In this document: positions 21,013-31,246 of the stretch, in pieces
How positions within the stretch are numbered: the stretch's first letter is position 1
How the letters are laid out: every line of letters begins with the position of its first letter
IMG/VR virus record: IMGVR_UViG_3300020306_000005
Coordinates: 1 to 59,124 of that record
Source of the DNA: a virus
Lineage: Duplodnaviria > Caudoviricetes
Strand: one strand, 5' to 3'
Length of the DNA: 59,124 nt
Notes under the pieces: generated by a model
What the model was told of the DNA's origin: nothing
Database searches by the model: none
The model's input: the letters and a program-made list of their open reading frames with translations, nothing else
Made by a program: the position numbers and the translations under genes

Positions 21013-22548
21013 ATGACAAAAAAGATAGAGGAAGAATTTGCTGATTTATTCGCTGGATTAAAAAAGGCATATGGTAGTTACTCACCAGAAGAGGGTAACG
21101 GAGTTGGAAAAGAAAAAGGTAGATATAGAATTATATCAGAAGATATAGACGAAGATCGTTTATATGAATTATGGAAAGAACATCTCGCAGGAAAAAATTC
21201 ATTAGGTATTATACCAATACAAGAAGATAATACTTGCACTTGGGGTGCAATAGATATTGATCAATATCCACTTAATCATGGGGAACTTGTAACTCGACTT
21301 ATACAAACAAATGAATTACCTGTAGTTATCGCAAGATCAAAGTCAGGTGGTGCACATATTTACTTTTTCTTAAAAGAACGAGTAAGCTGTGCAATCGTAC
21401 AAAATAAATTAAAAGAAATAGCTTCTGTACTTGGCTATGCAACAGCTGAGATATTTCCTAAACAAACTAAATTACTTTTAGAAAAAGGTGATAGAGGTAG
21501 TGTATTAAATATGCCTTATTATGGGGGTAGTCGAACGACTAGATATGCTCATAATAAACAAGGTGAAGCTATAACAGATTTAGAAGAATTTATTACTTAT
21601 GCAAAAAGTCAAGCTATAAGTAAAGCAGAACTTGAAAGTTTAAAAATAAAATCCCAAGAACTTAATGATAAAGATTTAGATGGCTGTCCACCTTGTATAA
21701 AAGTATTATGTACTATGGGGTTTCCACAAGGCACACGAAACAATGGACTATTTAATATTGGCGTGTTTCTTCGAAAGAAGTTTGCAGACGATTGGGAAAA
21801 GAGAGTCGAACAAAAGAACTTTGAATATATGAAGCCACCACTCGGTGCATCAGAAGTTTTAACAGTAATAAAAGCATTAAATAATAAAGACTACCAATAT
21901 AAATGTAATGATCAACCTATCGCTTCACATTGTAATGCAGCAGTTTGTAGAACTTGTGAATATGGCGTAGGGTCATCTGGTGGATTACCACAGTTTAGTA
22001 ACCTACAAAAACAAGATTCTACACCACCGATATGGTTTTTAGATGTTGAGGGACACCGAATAGAATTAACTACAGATGAACTTCAAAACCAAACTAAGTT
22101 TCAAAGAAGATGTATGGATGAATTAAACTTTATGCCTTTAACTATGCGACAACAAAACTGGAGGACAGTCGTTCAACAATTACTTGATAGTGTTTCTATA
22201 ATAGAAGTTCCAGCAGATGTATCGTTACAAGGGCAGTTTAAAGAACTACTTGAATCGTTTTGTACAGAACGAGCCCAAGCTTTATCAAAGGATGAAATAT
22301 TATTAGGAAAGTCTTGGACAGAGGAAGGAAAGACTTACTTTCGATTAAAAGATCTGATAGACTATTTTAATCGACAACAGTTTCGAGACTATGGAAGAAA
22401 TCATATTGCTGCACGCTTGAGAGATTTAGGGGGTGGGGATCATTTCTTTCATATAAAAGGTAAAGGCGTAACAGTTTGGTATGTCCCTGAGTTTGGTAGT
22501 CAACAAGAGGGTTATGAAATACCAGATATGAAAGGGGATCCATTTTGA
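21013..22548 (+). CDS. archaeo-eukaryotic-type primase with PriCT-like domain
   Basis: AIDID and RSKSGGAHIYF AEP motifs; PPC...GTRNNGLF; Cys cluster. Confidence 0.8.
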   Translation: MTKKIEEEFADLFAGLKKAYGSYSPEEGNGVGKEKGRYRIISEDIDEDRLYELWKEHLAGKNSLGIIPIQEDNTCTWGAIDIDQYPLNHGELVTRLIQTNELPVVIARSKSGGAHIYFFLKERVSCAIVQNKLKEIASVLGYATAEIFPKQTKLLLEKGDRGSVLNMPYYGGSRTTRYAHNKQGEAITDLEEFITYAKSQAISKAELESLKIKSQELNDKDLDGCPPCIKVLCTMGFPQGTRNNGLFNIGVFLRKKFADDWEKRVEQKNFEYMKPPLGASEVLTVIKALNNKDYQYKCNDQPIASHCNAAVCRTCEYGVGSSGGLPQFSNLQKQDSTPPIWFLDVEGHRIELTTDELQNQTKFQRRCMDELNFMPLTMRQQNWRTVVQQLLDSVSIIEVPADVSLQGQFKELLESFCTERAQALSKDEILLGKSWTEEGKTYFRLKDLIDYFNRQQFRDYGRNHIAARLRDLGGGDHFFHIKGKGVTVWYVPEFGSQQEGYEIPDMKGDPF

Positions 22549-24047
22549 GCGAGGATACAAGTTCATGGTCTATTATACTTGGTCCACCAGGAACAGGTAA
22601 GACAACGACTATCTTAAACCTTATCGAAATGGAAATGGAAAAAGGTACACCTCCTGATAAAATAGGATATTTTGCTTTTACTAAGAAAGCCTCGGAAGAG
22701 GGTAAAGAAAGAACAATGTCACGTTTCGGACTTGCAGGAAAAGATATACCTAATTTTAGAACACTTCATTCTTTATGTTATCGTATGTTAGGCTTATCGA
22801 GAGAATCTGTTATGGGACGTTCTAACTATAGAGAGTTTAACGATATAATGGGAATGCGATTAACAGGAGAGATGACACTTGAAGAGGGTGCTATTTCTAT
22901 GTTATCAAAAGACGATAAACTAAAATTTGTTGAAGGACTATCACGTCTTCGATGTGTAGGACTACGACAAGAATGGCAAAATCATCATGATGAAGATATT
23001 GATTGGCATATGTTAGAAAGGTTTTCATTAGGGCTACAGAAGTTTAAAAAGGCACGTGGTCTATATGATTTTACAGATATGCTAGACTTATGTGTAACAA
23101 AACAATTATCTCCAAAATTAGATGTAATGTTTGTAGACGAAGCTCAAGATTTAAGTCCTTTACAATGGCAGTTAATAAGAGTCCTTGCAAAGAATTCTAA
23201 GAGAGTCTATATTGCTGGTGATGATGACCAAGCTATTTTTAGATGGGCAGGGGCAGATGTAAATTTCTTGATTGATATATCCCAAGGGGCTCGTGTCTTG
23301 GAAAAGAGTTATAGAATTCCTAAAAGGATTTTCAATATCGCTAATCAAGTAATAAGGCGTGTTAAGACAAGAACAGATAAAATTTGGCAACCAAGGGAGG
23401 ACTTGGGTGATGTCGTTACCGAAACACATTTCGAGCATGTTGATATAACCTCTGGCGAATGGTTAATTCTATCACGTTCTAATTATTTTTTAAATGAAGT
23501 AGAAGCACATTGTAGAGGATTAGGTGTTTACTTCGATAGAAAGAATAATCCTTCTATATCACAGAAAAAAGTCGATGCAGTAAAAAACTGGGAGAAGTTA
23601 AGAAAAGGTGAGTTTGTTTTCCCTGATCAAGCTAGTGATATTGTTCAGTATATAAAGGGGGCTAAACGAAAAGTATTTGATGACTTAGAGTCATCGTTAA
23701 AGTTAACTCTTAAAGAAGTAACAGTAAAAGCAGAACTACCTGAAGCAAAAATATGGCATGATATGTTTACAGGGTTAAGCCCTCACGAAAGAAGTTATAT
23801 CTTAGCCATGCTACGAAAAGGTGAGAAGATAACTAAAAAGCCTAGAATAACTTTATCAACTATACATTCAGCTAAAGGAGGAGAAGCTGATAATGTAATT
23901 CTTTTTACAGATATACCTCATAGAACTTGGAAAGCGTATGAAAAAGAACCTGATGATGATACTCGTGTATTTTATGTAGGGTTAACAAGAGCAAAACAAA
24001 AACTTCATATTATACAACCGACAACGAATAAATATTTTATGGTATGA
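22545..24047 (+). CDS. UvrD/Rep-like SF1 helicase (TTG start)
   Basis: GPPGTGKT, VDEAQD, GDDDQAIF, TIHSAKGGEAD and YVGLTRA motifs. Confidence 0.92.
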   Translation: MSEDTSSWSIILGPPGTGKTTTILNLIEMEMEKGTPPDKIGYFAFTKKASEEGKERTMSRFGLAGKDIPNFRTLHSLCYRMLGLSRESVMGRSNYREFNDIMGMRLTGEMTLEEGAISMLSKDDKLKFVEGLSRLRCVGLRQEWQNHHDEDIDWHMLERFSLGLQKFKKARGLYDFTDMLDLCVTKQLSPKLDVMFVDEAQDLSPLQWQLIRVLAKNSKRVYIAGDDDQAIFRWAGADVNFLIDISQGARVLEKSYRIPKRIFNIANQVIRRVKTRTDKIWQPREDLGDVVTETHFEHVDITSGEWLILSRSNYFLNEVEAHCRGLGVYFDRKNNPSISQKKVDAVKNWEKLRKGEFVFPDQASDIVQYIKGAKRKVFDDLESSLKLTLKEVTVKAELPEAKIWHDMFTGLSPHERSYILAMLRKGEKITKKPRITLSTIHSAKGGEADNVILFTDIPHRTWKAYEKEPDDDTRVFYVGLTRAKQKLHIIQPTTNKYFMV

Positions 24048-24058
24048 TAAAAAATAAC

Positions 24059-24087
24059 TTTATTGATTTTAAAAAAACGTATATCTT
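24059..24087 (+). promoter_or_regulatory. putative promoter TTTATT-17-TATCTT for the modification/PolA operon
   Basis: AT-rich gap followed by AGAAAGGA RBS. Confidence 0.45.
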
Positions 24088-24124
24088 AATATAGTAAATT
24101 TTTATTTAAAGAAAGGATGAATTT

Positions 24125-24409
24125 ATGTCAGAAGATACTAAAAATTTTGGTATAGAAATAGAAGATGATATTCCTGTGCCTCCAGGATCTGATCGTAGGT
24201 CTGTTGAAAGAAAATATCCATTAGCAGAATTAAAAGTAGGTCAGTCTTTTTTCTTACCTTTAGAAGAGGGAGATGATTTAAAACGTATGGGTAATCGTTT
24301 AAGCCAAGCTAGACAAGGCTATCAAAAAAGAAACGAAGGTGTTCGTTTTACACAGCGTATGTGGGAAAAAGACGGTGAAGTTGGAATAAGAGTCTGGCGA
24401 ATAGAATAG
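24125..24409 (+). CDS. small putative DNA-binding protein
   Basis: IEDDIPVP...KYPLAELKVGQSFF...GIRVWRIE pattern. Confidence 0.65.
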   Translation: MSEDTKNFGIEIEDDIPVPPGSDRRSVERKYPLAELKVGQSFFLPLEEGDDLKRMGNRLSQARQGYQKRNEGVRFTQRMWEKDGEVGIRVWRIE

Positions 24410-24418
24410 GAGGAAAAC

Positions 24419-25267
24419 ATGGCATCTATAAGAAGAAAATTAGTAGAAAATGCAAACAATTCTAAGAATACTAGAATGGATATTGCAGGTGCAGGAGTTA
24501 TGGCTAACTGGAGACCAGACGAACTTGCTCATATAAGTCGGTTCTGTAAGATAGGACAGATAATTATGGATGAAGCAAAACGTCTTGGTAGACCAGTCGA
24601 GTGTTTAGAAGCTGGGTGTGGAGAATTATGGGTTCTTCGATATCTATATAAAGCCTTTGTTTCTAAAAAAGAAAAGATAATTAAGCAGTATGTAGGAGTC
24701 GATATCGATCCAGCTTGTTTAGAAGACTGGTGGGTAAACGATAGTGAGTCTGTAGTAAAACATCAATGGTTTAAAACGATGACAGGTAACAACCCTTTTA
24801 GTCGTATTGATATTCAAGATTTAACTACTAATCCAGAGTTCGATGTTCCTAACGAAACCATAGATGTGTTTTGGTCTACAGAAGTTATTGAACATATGAA
24901 ACCAGATGCAATAGATTATTGGTTGCGTAGTGCATATAAAAAGATGCGAATGGGTGCAGTAGCTTATATATCAACACCTAATCATGATGGATCTAATGAT
25001 AAATTACCTAAAGACCATTTTTATGAGTGGGGGTTTGAAGAATTAAAAGAGTTGTTAAGTCGTTACTTTACAATAAAAGATGTAAAGGGTGTATTTACTC
25101 AGATGAATAACTTTAAGAAAAACCATCGTGCTAATATGAGATGGTCACAAAACGTGATTGACGATATAGAGGCTAGGTTTGATAAGCATTGGGCTAGAGT
25201 TATCTTAGCAACAGCTTATCCTGAGACAGCAAACAACTGTGCTTGGATATTAAGAAAGGAAGTATAA
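24419..25267 (+). CDS. class I SAM-dependent methyltransferase (non-DNA-MTase type)
   Basis: LEAGCG motif I, VGVDID, TEVIEHM and ISTPN; no DPPY/NPPY or PC motif. Confidence 0.85.
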   Translation: MASIRRKLVENANNSKNTRMDIAGAGVMANWRPDELAHISRFCKIGQIIMDEAKRLGRPVECLEAGCGELWVLRYLYKAFVSKKEKIIKQYVGVDIDPACLEDWWVNDSESVVKHQWFKTMTGNNPFSRIDIQDLTTNPEFDVPNETIDVFWSTEVIEHMKPDAIDYWLRSAYKKMRMGAVAYISTPNHDGSNDKLPKDHFYEWGFEELKELLSRYFTIKDVKGVFTQMNNFKKNHRANMRWSQNVIDDIEARFDKHWARVILATAYPETANNCAWILRKEV

Positions 25268-25461
25268 TGGCAAAATATAAAAGTGATGATCTAGATAATG
25301 TGTGTAGAGAGATGCTTGGTCATACAAACTGGGGGTATATAGAACCGTACTCAGGTAAACAGTTTGAAAAATTAAAGAAGGATCATGACATCGACTGTAT
25401 TGTTGTCTTTTTTAAAGATCCTGATCCAGAGGATGCACCAGATCAAGCTTATGATTGGTAG
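25267..25461 (+). CDS. hypothetical protein (64 aa)
   Basis: AAGGAAG RBS; start overlaps the MTase stop codon. Confidence 0.6.
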   Translation: MAKYKSDDLDNVCREMLGHTNWGYIEPYSGKQFEKLKKDHDIDCIVVFFKDPDPEDAPDQAYDW

Positions 25462-26297
25462 TAAAAATGATACCTGAAAGACGCTTCTTTTGGTGGATAG
25501 AGGAACGACATGAAATTTTTAAGAAAAAAGAACAAGGTCTTCCTCGTCCATGGACAACAGATATAATATTAGATACTTATCGTTTTACTAATCCTTTTCG
25601 TGAAAACGATAAGACAACAGTTTGGTTTCGTGAAAATATGAGAAAGCCACTTCATAATAGAGAAGAAGTATTTATGGCTACAATAATTTTTAGATGGTTT
25701 AACTTAATTCAAACTGGAGAAACATTACTAAAACATAATCTTCATATAGATTGGGATCCTGAACTTGCTAGAGAAGAAATAAAAAAGCAAGATAAATATG
25801 TTACTGGAGGATATATAATCAAAACACCAGATGGTATGGATAAAGTCGATGGTGTTATTTGGTGCATAGAAAAAGTATGGAATAAACGAGACCGAACTAT
25901 GGTAGAACTGCTTCATGAAACAAATACATTAAAAAGGGCTCATCTTCTTTTACAGCAGTTTCCTTATCTAGGGCATTTCATGGCTTATGAAGTTGTGTGT
26001 GATTTAAGGTATACTTTTTATTTAGATAAATCCTTTGACATTGTTCATTGGGCTAATGCTGGTCCAGGAGCCATGCGAGGATTAAATAGAATCCATGCAA
26101 GAGATTTAAACTATACAAGTAAAAAGCACGACTGGAACGCAGAGATGAAAGCCTTATACAAATTAAGATACGACTATCTTCCTTATGAGATTGCTCATAA
26201 AATGGAGATGCGAGAAATAGAACATAGCTTATGCGAGTTTGATAAATATGAACGAGTTCGTAATGGCGAGGGTAAACCGAGAGGATTATACAGATGA
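25455..26297 (+). CDS. aGPT-Pplase1 / 5-hmdU DNA kinase helical-domain family protein
   Basis: ERHEIF, PWTTDIILDTYRFTNPFRENDKTT, FRWFN, GHFMAYEVVCDL, GPGAMRGL and IEHSLCEFDKY motifs. Confidence 0.8.
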   Translation: MVVKMIPERRFFWWIEERHEIFKKKEQGLPRPWTTDIILDTYRFTNPFRENDKTTVWFRENMRKPLHNREEVFMATIIFRWFNLIQTGETLLKHNLHIDWDPELAREEIKKQDKYVTGGYIIKTPDGMDKVDGVIWCIEKVWNKRDRTMVELLHETNTLKRAHLLLQQFPYLGHFMAYEVVCDLRYTFYLDKSFDIVHWANAGPGAMRGLNRIHARDLNYTSKKHDWNAEMKALYKLRYDYLPYEIAHKMEMREIEHSLCEFDKYERVRNGEGKPRGLYR

Positions 26298-27340
26298 AAA
26301 CATTTTTAGGTAATAACGTAGAAGAAGTTTTTCAAATTGCTCTTATGTCTCTAAGAGAAAAGAACGAAACAGTAAGAGTAAAAAGTCGAAATGGAGATGT
26401 ACTTATGTTTCCTGACCCAGTTTGTTCGACTTATAAATATCCTAATCAAAGAGTTTTATTTATGGCAGAAAGGAACTGTAATCCTTTCTTTCATTTTATA
26501 GAAGGACTTTGGATGTTAGCAGGTCGTAGAGATGTAAAACCTCTAGCAAGATTTGTTAAACGCATGGAAGAATATTCTGATGATGGACATTCGTTATATG
26601 GGGCGTATGGTTATCGTTGGCGAAATCAATTTGCTAATGATCAACTACACGCTATTATAAGAAAATTACAAGAAAATCCATATGATAGACGTATTGTTCT
26701 TTCTATGTGGGATCCTATTAAAGATTTATATTATGATGGTAAAGATGTACCATGTAATACACAGATTTATTTTAAAACTAGACCAGATGATATTCTTGAT
26801 ATGACTGTGATGTGTAGGTCTAACGATTTAATCTGGGGTGCTTATGGTGCAAACGCTGTGCATTTTAGTATGCTACATGAATACGTTGCTTCAATGTCTG
26901 GTCTACACTTAGGTCGATATCATCAAGTAAGTAACAATGCTCATGTATATATAAATATATGGGAAAGGTTAGAAAAGAAATTACCGATAGGTATAGCCCC
27001 AAGTCAATATAACGATGAAATAAAATCATTACCTTTAGTACAAGATGGTTCTAAATTTGATCAAGATGTAAAATGGTTTTTTAATTTAATTGCTGATAAA
27101 GAAAATAATGAGCAGTTAGGTGGTATGTGGATAACACCTGATCACTTTGCAAATACAAATACATTTGCACATACTGCTTTACCTATGGTAGAGGCTTGGA
27201 ACTTCTATAAAAACAAAGAGTTCGAGCATGCAATCGCCCAAGCCTCTACGATCCAAGCACCTGATTGGAGAAGAGCATGCATAGAATGGCTAGAAAGGAG
27301 AAAACAAAGCTATGACAAAAAGGGAAAAAATAAACGATGA
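26294..27340 (+). CDS. thymidylate-synthase-family enzyme, probable dUMP hydroxymethylase
   Basis: GAYGYRWR, RRIVLSMWDP, catalytic PCN, RSNDLIWGAYGAN (Asn indicates dU specificity), HVY. Confidence 0.85.
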   Translation: MKTFLGNNVEEVFQIALMSLREKNETVRVKSRNGDVLMFPDPVCSTYKYPNQRVLFMAERNCNPFFHFIEGLWMLAGRRDVKPLARFVKRMEEYSDDGHSLYGAYGYRWRNQFANDQLHAIIRKLQENPYDRRIVLSMWDPIKDLYYDGKDVPCNTQIYFKTRPDDILDMTVMCRSNDLIWGAYGANAVHFSMLHEYVASMSGLHLGRYHQVSNNAHVYINIWERLEKKLPIGIAPSQYNDEIKSLPLVQDGSKFDQDVKWFFNLIADKENNEQLGGMWITPDHFANTNTFAHTALPMVEAWNFYKNKEFEHAIAQASTIQAPDWRRACIEWLERRKQSYDKKGKNKR

Positions 27341-27683
27341 AGAGTATGAAAAGCTACAAGAAGAAAATGAACTTCATGGCGAAGACTATAGTCGTATAAT
27401 TAACCAAGTTCATAATACTGCAATAGATGATGTCGAAGGCTTACACTTAGCTGAACAAGACTATGGTGATAGTTGGAAAAAGCGAGGGGGTATCGGTGCT
27501 TTTATGATGTTAGCAAGGAAGTGGGATCGTATAGAAAAACAAGCTGAAGATTATACTTACGATGTCTTCTTAGCTTTAAAAGAGGATAATAGAGAAGAGG
27601 GGCTTATAGACGATATACGAGACTTAAGGCGTTATCTACTCTTAGTTGAAGCCGAAATGACTTTACAAAAGAATGGTAAATGA
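27312..27683 (+). CDS. Nmad1/DUF1599-like putative dNTP pyrophosphatase
   Basis: DYGDSWKKRG...RKWDR...DDIRDLRRY, MazG-like helical pattern next to the TS gene. Confidence 0.65.
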   Translation: MTKREKINDEEYEKLQEENELHGEDYSRIINQVHNTAIDDVEGLHLAEQDYGDSWKKRGGIGAFMMLARKWDRIEKQAEDYTYDVFLALKEDNREEGLIDDIRDLRRYLLLVEAEMTLQKNGK

Positions 27684-29673
27684 GGTAAAATCTTCCCTAG
27701 AGAAAGGGAAGAAAGACATGCCAAAATATAAAAACCCTCTTCAACAACCTTTGTTTACACCTGATAGTTCTTGGATGATACCAGAAGTCTTACCTGACTT
27801 ATCAAAAGCTAAAGAAATATGTATAGACTTAGAAACATGGGATCCAAACTTAAAAGAAAAAGGTTCAGGTTGGGCGAGAAAAGATGGTCACATTGTTGGT
27901 ATTGCTTTAGCTACTGAGGGTTGGCAAGGTTACTTTCCTGTTCGACATAGGTCTGGTGGCAACTTGGATGAGAAGTTAGTCTTTAATTGGCTAAAAGAAA
28001 TGTTATCTACTAACTCAGATAAAATATGTCACAATGCTTCTTATGATATAGGGTGGTTAAAAGCAGAGGGTATTGAAGCTAAAGGTCGTATAATTGATAC
28101 GATGGTTGCTGCACCACTTATTGATGAGAATCGTTTTAGTTATTCGTTAAATGCTTTAGGTAGGCATTACTTACAAGAAAGTAAGAACGAAGAATTATTA
28201 AACGATGCTGCAGAAGCATGGAACGTAGATTCAAAGTCAGGACTTTCTGAACTACCACCCATGTATGTTGGTCCATATGCAGAGCAAGATGCTGCATTGA
28301 CTTTACGTTTATGGAAACATTTTAAAACAGAATTATCTAAACAAGATCTGTGGTCTATATTTAATTTAGAATCTTCCATTACTCCTTTGCTTATCGAAAT
28401 GAGAATGAGAGGTGTTCGTATTGATTTAGAACGAGCAGAAGAAATGTCTAAGAAGTTTCATGCAAAAGAAATGGAAGCCCTACATAAAATAAAACAGCTT
28501 GTAGGTTCAGAGGTAGAAATATGGGCTAATGCATCTATAGAAAAAGCATTTAAGAAACTTAACCTACCATATAACTTTACAGAAAAAGGATCGCCTTCTT
28601 TTCAACAGATATGGCTCGAGGAGCATAAACATGAGTTTCCTCAACTTATTGTAAAAGCAAGGAAGATGAATAAAGCAAGGACTACCTTTATTGACGGTAT
28701 GCTTATGAGTAACCAACAATCAGGTCGTATACACGCTGAACTTCATCCTTTACGTTCCGATGATGGTGGAACTGTTACAGGTCGTTTTAGTTATAGTAAT
28801 CCAAACTTACAACAAGTACCAGCAAGAGACCCTGAGATAGGAACAGCAATCAGATCCCTCTTCATCCCAGAAAGTAAATGTGAGTGGGGTGCTTTTGATT
28901 ATTCTCAACAAGAGCCAAGGCTCGTGGTTCACTACGCTGAGATGATGGAACTTCGAGGAGCCAAAGATGCAGGAGATGCATTCCGTTCAGGAGATGCAGA
29001 CTTCCATCAAGTCGTTGCAGATATGGCAGGTATACCAAGAAAACAAGCTAAGAATATTAATCTTGGTTTATTTTACTCTATGGGTGTTCAAAAGCTATCT
29101 GATAGTTTAGGGCTTACATTAGACGAGGGTAAAGAATTATTTGGTCGTTACCATGAACGAGTTCCTTTCGTAAAAGCGTTAAGCGAAAGAGCAGTACGAC
29201 GTGCTGGAGATCAAGGTAATATAAGAACATTACTTGGCAGACGTTGTCGTTTCGATAAATGGGAACCAATGCAGTTCGGTACAAGAAAAATTATGGATCA
29301 TAAAACTGCCTACGCTGAATATGGTAATGCTATTAAAAGGGCGTTTACACATAAAGCTATGAATAGATTAATACAAGGTAGTGCAGCAGATATGACTAAA
29401 AAAGCAATGCAACTTTTATACGAAGAAGGAATTATACCTCACGTTCAAGTACACGATGAATTAGACTTTTCAATCGAGTCTCCTGAACAAGCACTAAAGA
29501 TAAAAGATATAATGGAATCTTGTGTTGAGTTAAAGGTGCCAATAAAGGTTGATGTAGAACTTGGTCCAAATTGGGGCGAAGCAAAGGATGCAGAAAAAGT
29601 GATAGAACATGCTGAATCTGTACGAGGGTGGACTAGAGGGTCTGAGTCTGAATATACAAAGCAAGCGATATAA
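27673..29673 (+). CDS. polA: family A DNA polymerase with 3'-5' exonuclease
   Basis: DLET, HNASYD, YAEQDA; TGRFS, NLQQVP, DYSQQEPR, KNINLGLFY, QGSAAD and VHDEL motifs. Confidence 0.95.
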   Translation: MVNEVKSSLEKGKKDMPKYKNPLQQPLFTPDSSWMIPEVLPDLSKAKEICIDLETWDPNLKEKGSGWARKDGHIVGIALATEGWQGYFPVRHRSGGNLDEKLVFNWLKEMLSTNSDKICHNASYDIGWLKAEGIEAKGRIIDTMVAAPLIDENRFSYSLNALGRHYLQESKNEELLNDAAEAWNVDSKSGLSELPPMYVGPYAEQDAALTLRLWKHFKTELSKQDLWSIFNLESSITPLLIEMRMRGVRIDLERAEEMSKKFHAKEMEALHKIKQLVGSEVEIWANASIEKAFKKLNLPYNFTEKGSPSFQQIWLEEHKHEFPQLIVKARKMNKARTTFIDGMLMSNQQSGRIHAELHPLRSDDGGTVTGRFSYSNPNLQQVPARDPEIGTAIRSLFIPESKCEWGAFDYSQQEPRLVVHYAEMMELRGAKDAGDAFRSGDADFHQVVADMAGIPRKQAKNINLGLFYSMGVQKLSDSLGLTLDEGKELFGRYHERVPFVKALSERAVRRAGDQGNIRTLLGRRCRFDKWEPMQFGTRKIMDHKTAYAEYGNAIKRAFTHKAMNRLIQGSAADMTKKAMQLLYEEGIIPHVQVHDELDFSIESPEQALKIKDIMESCVELKVPIKVDVELGPNWGEAKDAEKVIEHAESVRGWTRGSESEYTKQAI

Positions 29674-29739
29674 TGCCAGTATTTTCTTATTTTATTCTTT
29701 TTAGTCTTAGTTTAAAATAAAATAAAAAGGCGTAAAATA

Positions 29740-29958
29740 ATGAAAGAAGACACTACTATAAAGATACCTATAACGATGGCATTAGTTATATGGAAAGCAC
29801 TAAATAATGTAAATGCTAAAGAAGCAGACTTAATTGCTGCATCACTAATTGGACAGGGTGTTGAGTTCCTTGGTACTCCAGAAGAGACTATCGATTTTTA
29901 TCGAGAGTATCTAATTACCGAAGGCGTAATCGAAATGGAACCAGAAACAAAACACTAA
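29740..29958 (+). CDS. hypothetical protein
   Basis: ORF after AT-rich gap. Confidence 0.55.
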   Translation: MKEDTTIKIPITMALVIWKALNNVNAKEADLIAASLIGQGVEFLGTPEETIDFYREYLITEGVIEMEPETKH

Positions 29959-29987
29959 ACTTTAAAACTAGAAAGGAGAGAAAGTAT

Positions 29988-30170
29988 ATGTCTAAAGAAG
30001 AAATGTTAGAACGTCGTGTATGGCTTGATCCTGATAAAAGGTGGGGTAAAACAGTTACCATAACTCTTAAATTTGATCATGCAGATACAAGTCGTGAAGA
30101 AATAAAACTACACTTAAAAGATTTAATTGAAGCTGATGTTATAACTTATAAGGAGGAAATACATGGGTAA
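29988..30170 (+). CDS. hypothetical protein
   Basis: AGAAAGGAG RBS. Confidence 0.6.
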   Translation: MSKEEMLERRVWLDPDKRWGKTVTITLKFDHADTSREEIKLHLKDLIEADVITYKEEIHG

Positions 30171-30348
30171 AGTAAAAGCATTATGGCAAGAAAAAATGGA
30201 TAATATTTGTATCGAATTCGAAGAAGGATTTATTCAAGAAAAAGAAGCGTTTGAAAAGTTATGTAAATTAACTTCTCCTGAACACGCTCAAGAAATGCTA
30301 GATGTATGTATACCAGGAGTAAGGGATAATTCGGATGACTCGGCATGA
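30163..30348 (+). CDS. hypothetical protein
   Basis: AGGAGG RBS; MGKVKA start. Confidence 0.6.
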   Translation: MGKVKALWQEKMDNICIEFEEGFIQEKEAFEKLCKLTSPEHAQEMLDVCIPGVRDNSDDSA

Positions 30349-30919
30349 TGTAGATGATATATTAAGAGAGTTAGCTGAAATACATGGGTTAAGAAAGGAA
30401 GAAGTTCAAATAGAGTCTCTTCCTTCTATGCGTACTGTTAACCTACCACCTTTAAAATACCGAGCAAAACATCTAATAGATAATGGTCGTAATCATGGGG
30501 CTAGACTTAAAAAGAATAAGAAAAAATATAAAAAGACAAAATACAAATATATTCGATCATCTCGTCTTCAAGAAAGAGCAATGACAAAAAACCAAGCTAT
30601 AACTCATGCAGTAAATTATGGGTATCATTTAGATTGTTTTGCTCATATCGAGGGGTTGGCTGAAGCACCACGATGTTTAATGTGCGACTTACCTCCTCGA
30701 ACGATTGGAGATTATATTTATTCTTGTTTTACACCATATTATAAATGTGAAGTTTGTTTTTCAATCAGACCATATTCTACAAATAAAGATACTAATCCGA
30801 ATACTTGGATATTTAATGATGAATATGCACGTAAAAGAAGACAATATAACGTATGGAATTTGAGGTATTTTAAGCATAGGATCAACAAGATTCTTAAAGA
30901 AGATACAAGATGGTTATAA
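30335..30919 (+). CDS. hypothetical protein with CxxC...CxxC zinc ribbon
   Basis: CLMC and CEVC pairs plus a basic stretch. Confidence 0.55.
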   Translation: MTRHDVDDILRELAEIHGLRKEEVQIESLPSMRTVNLPPLKYRAKHLIDNGRNHGARLKKNKKKYKKTKYKYIRSSRLQERAMTKNQAITHAVNYGYHLDCFAHIEGLAEAPRCLMCDLPPRTIGDYIYSCFTPYYKCEVCFSIRPYSTNKDTNPNTWIFNDEYARKRRQYNVWNLRYFKHRINKILKEDTRWL

Positions 30920-30929
30920 AGGAGAGTAT

Positions 30930-31127
30930 ATGTTCAAAGCAGTAGCTGTAATATGTTCAGCTTGGATAGCAAACGGTGAAGCAAAACAAGCCTGTTTTAC
31001 TCACATGTTTGATTGGAAGTTTGAAACGAGAAAAGAATGTCAAATAAGACTGATTTATTATCGTGCTAAAGAATTACCACCATACCATAATGTAGCATTA
31101 GGTGACTGCATTAAGATAGACGAGTAA
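30930..31127 (+). CDS. small Cys-rich hypothetical protein
   Basis: AAGGAG RBS; MFKAVAVIC start. Confidence 0.6.
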   Translation: MFKAVAVICSAWIANGEAKQACFTHMFDWKFETRKECQIRLIYYRAKELPPYHNVALGDCIKIDE

Positions 31128-31246
31128 TACATAAAAAAGATAATAATCTTATTTTATTGTATATAAATTTACTATATTATAATAGAGATAATAATAACAT
31201 ACTATCTATTTAAGATTCGTGTTAACTATTATCTTGTAAAGATGAA

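Noticed and set aside
24419-25267. Orphan DNA adenine/cytosine methyltransferase
   Set aside because: Lacks the (D/N)PPY and PC catalytic motifs; has the EVIEH/STPN small-molecule pattern.
26294-27340. dCMP hydroxymethylase (cytosine modification)
   Set aside because: Asn, not Asp, at the specificity position, and the neighbours belong to thymidine pathways.
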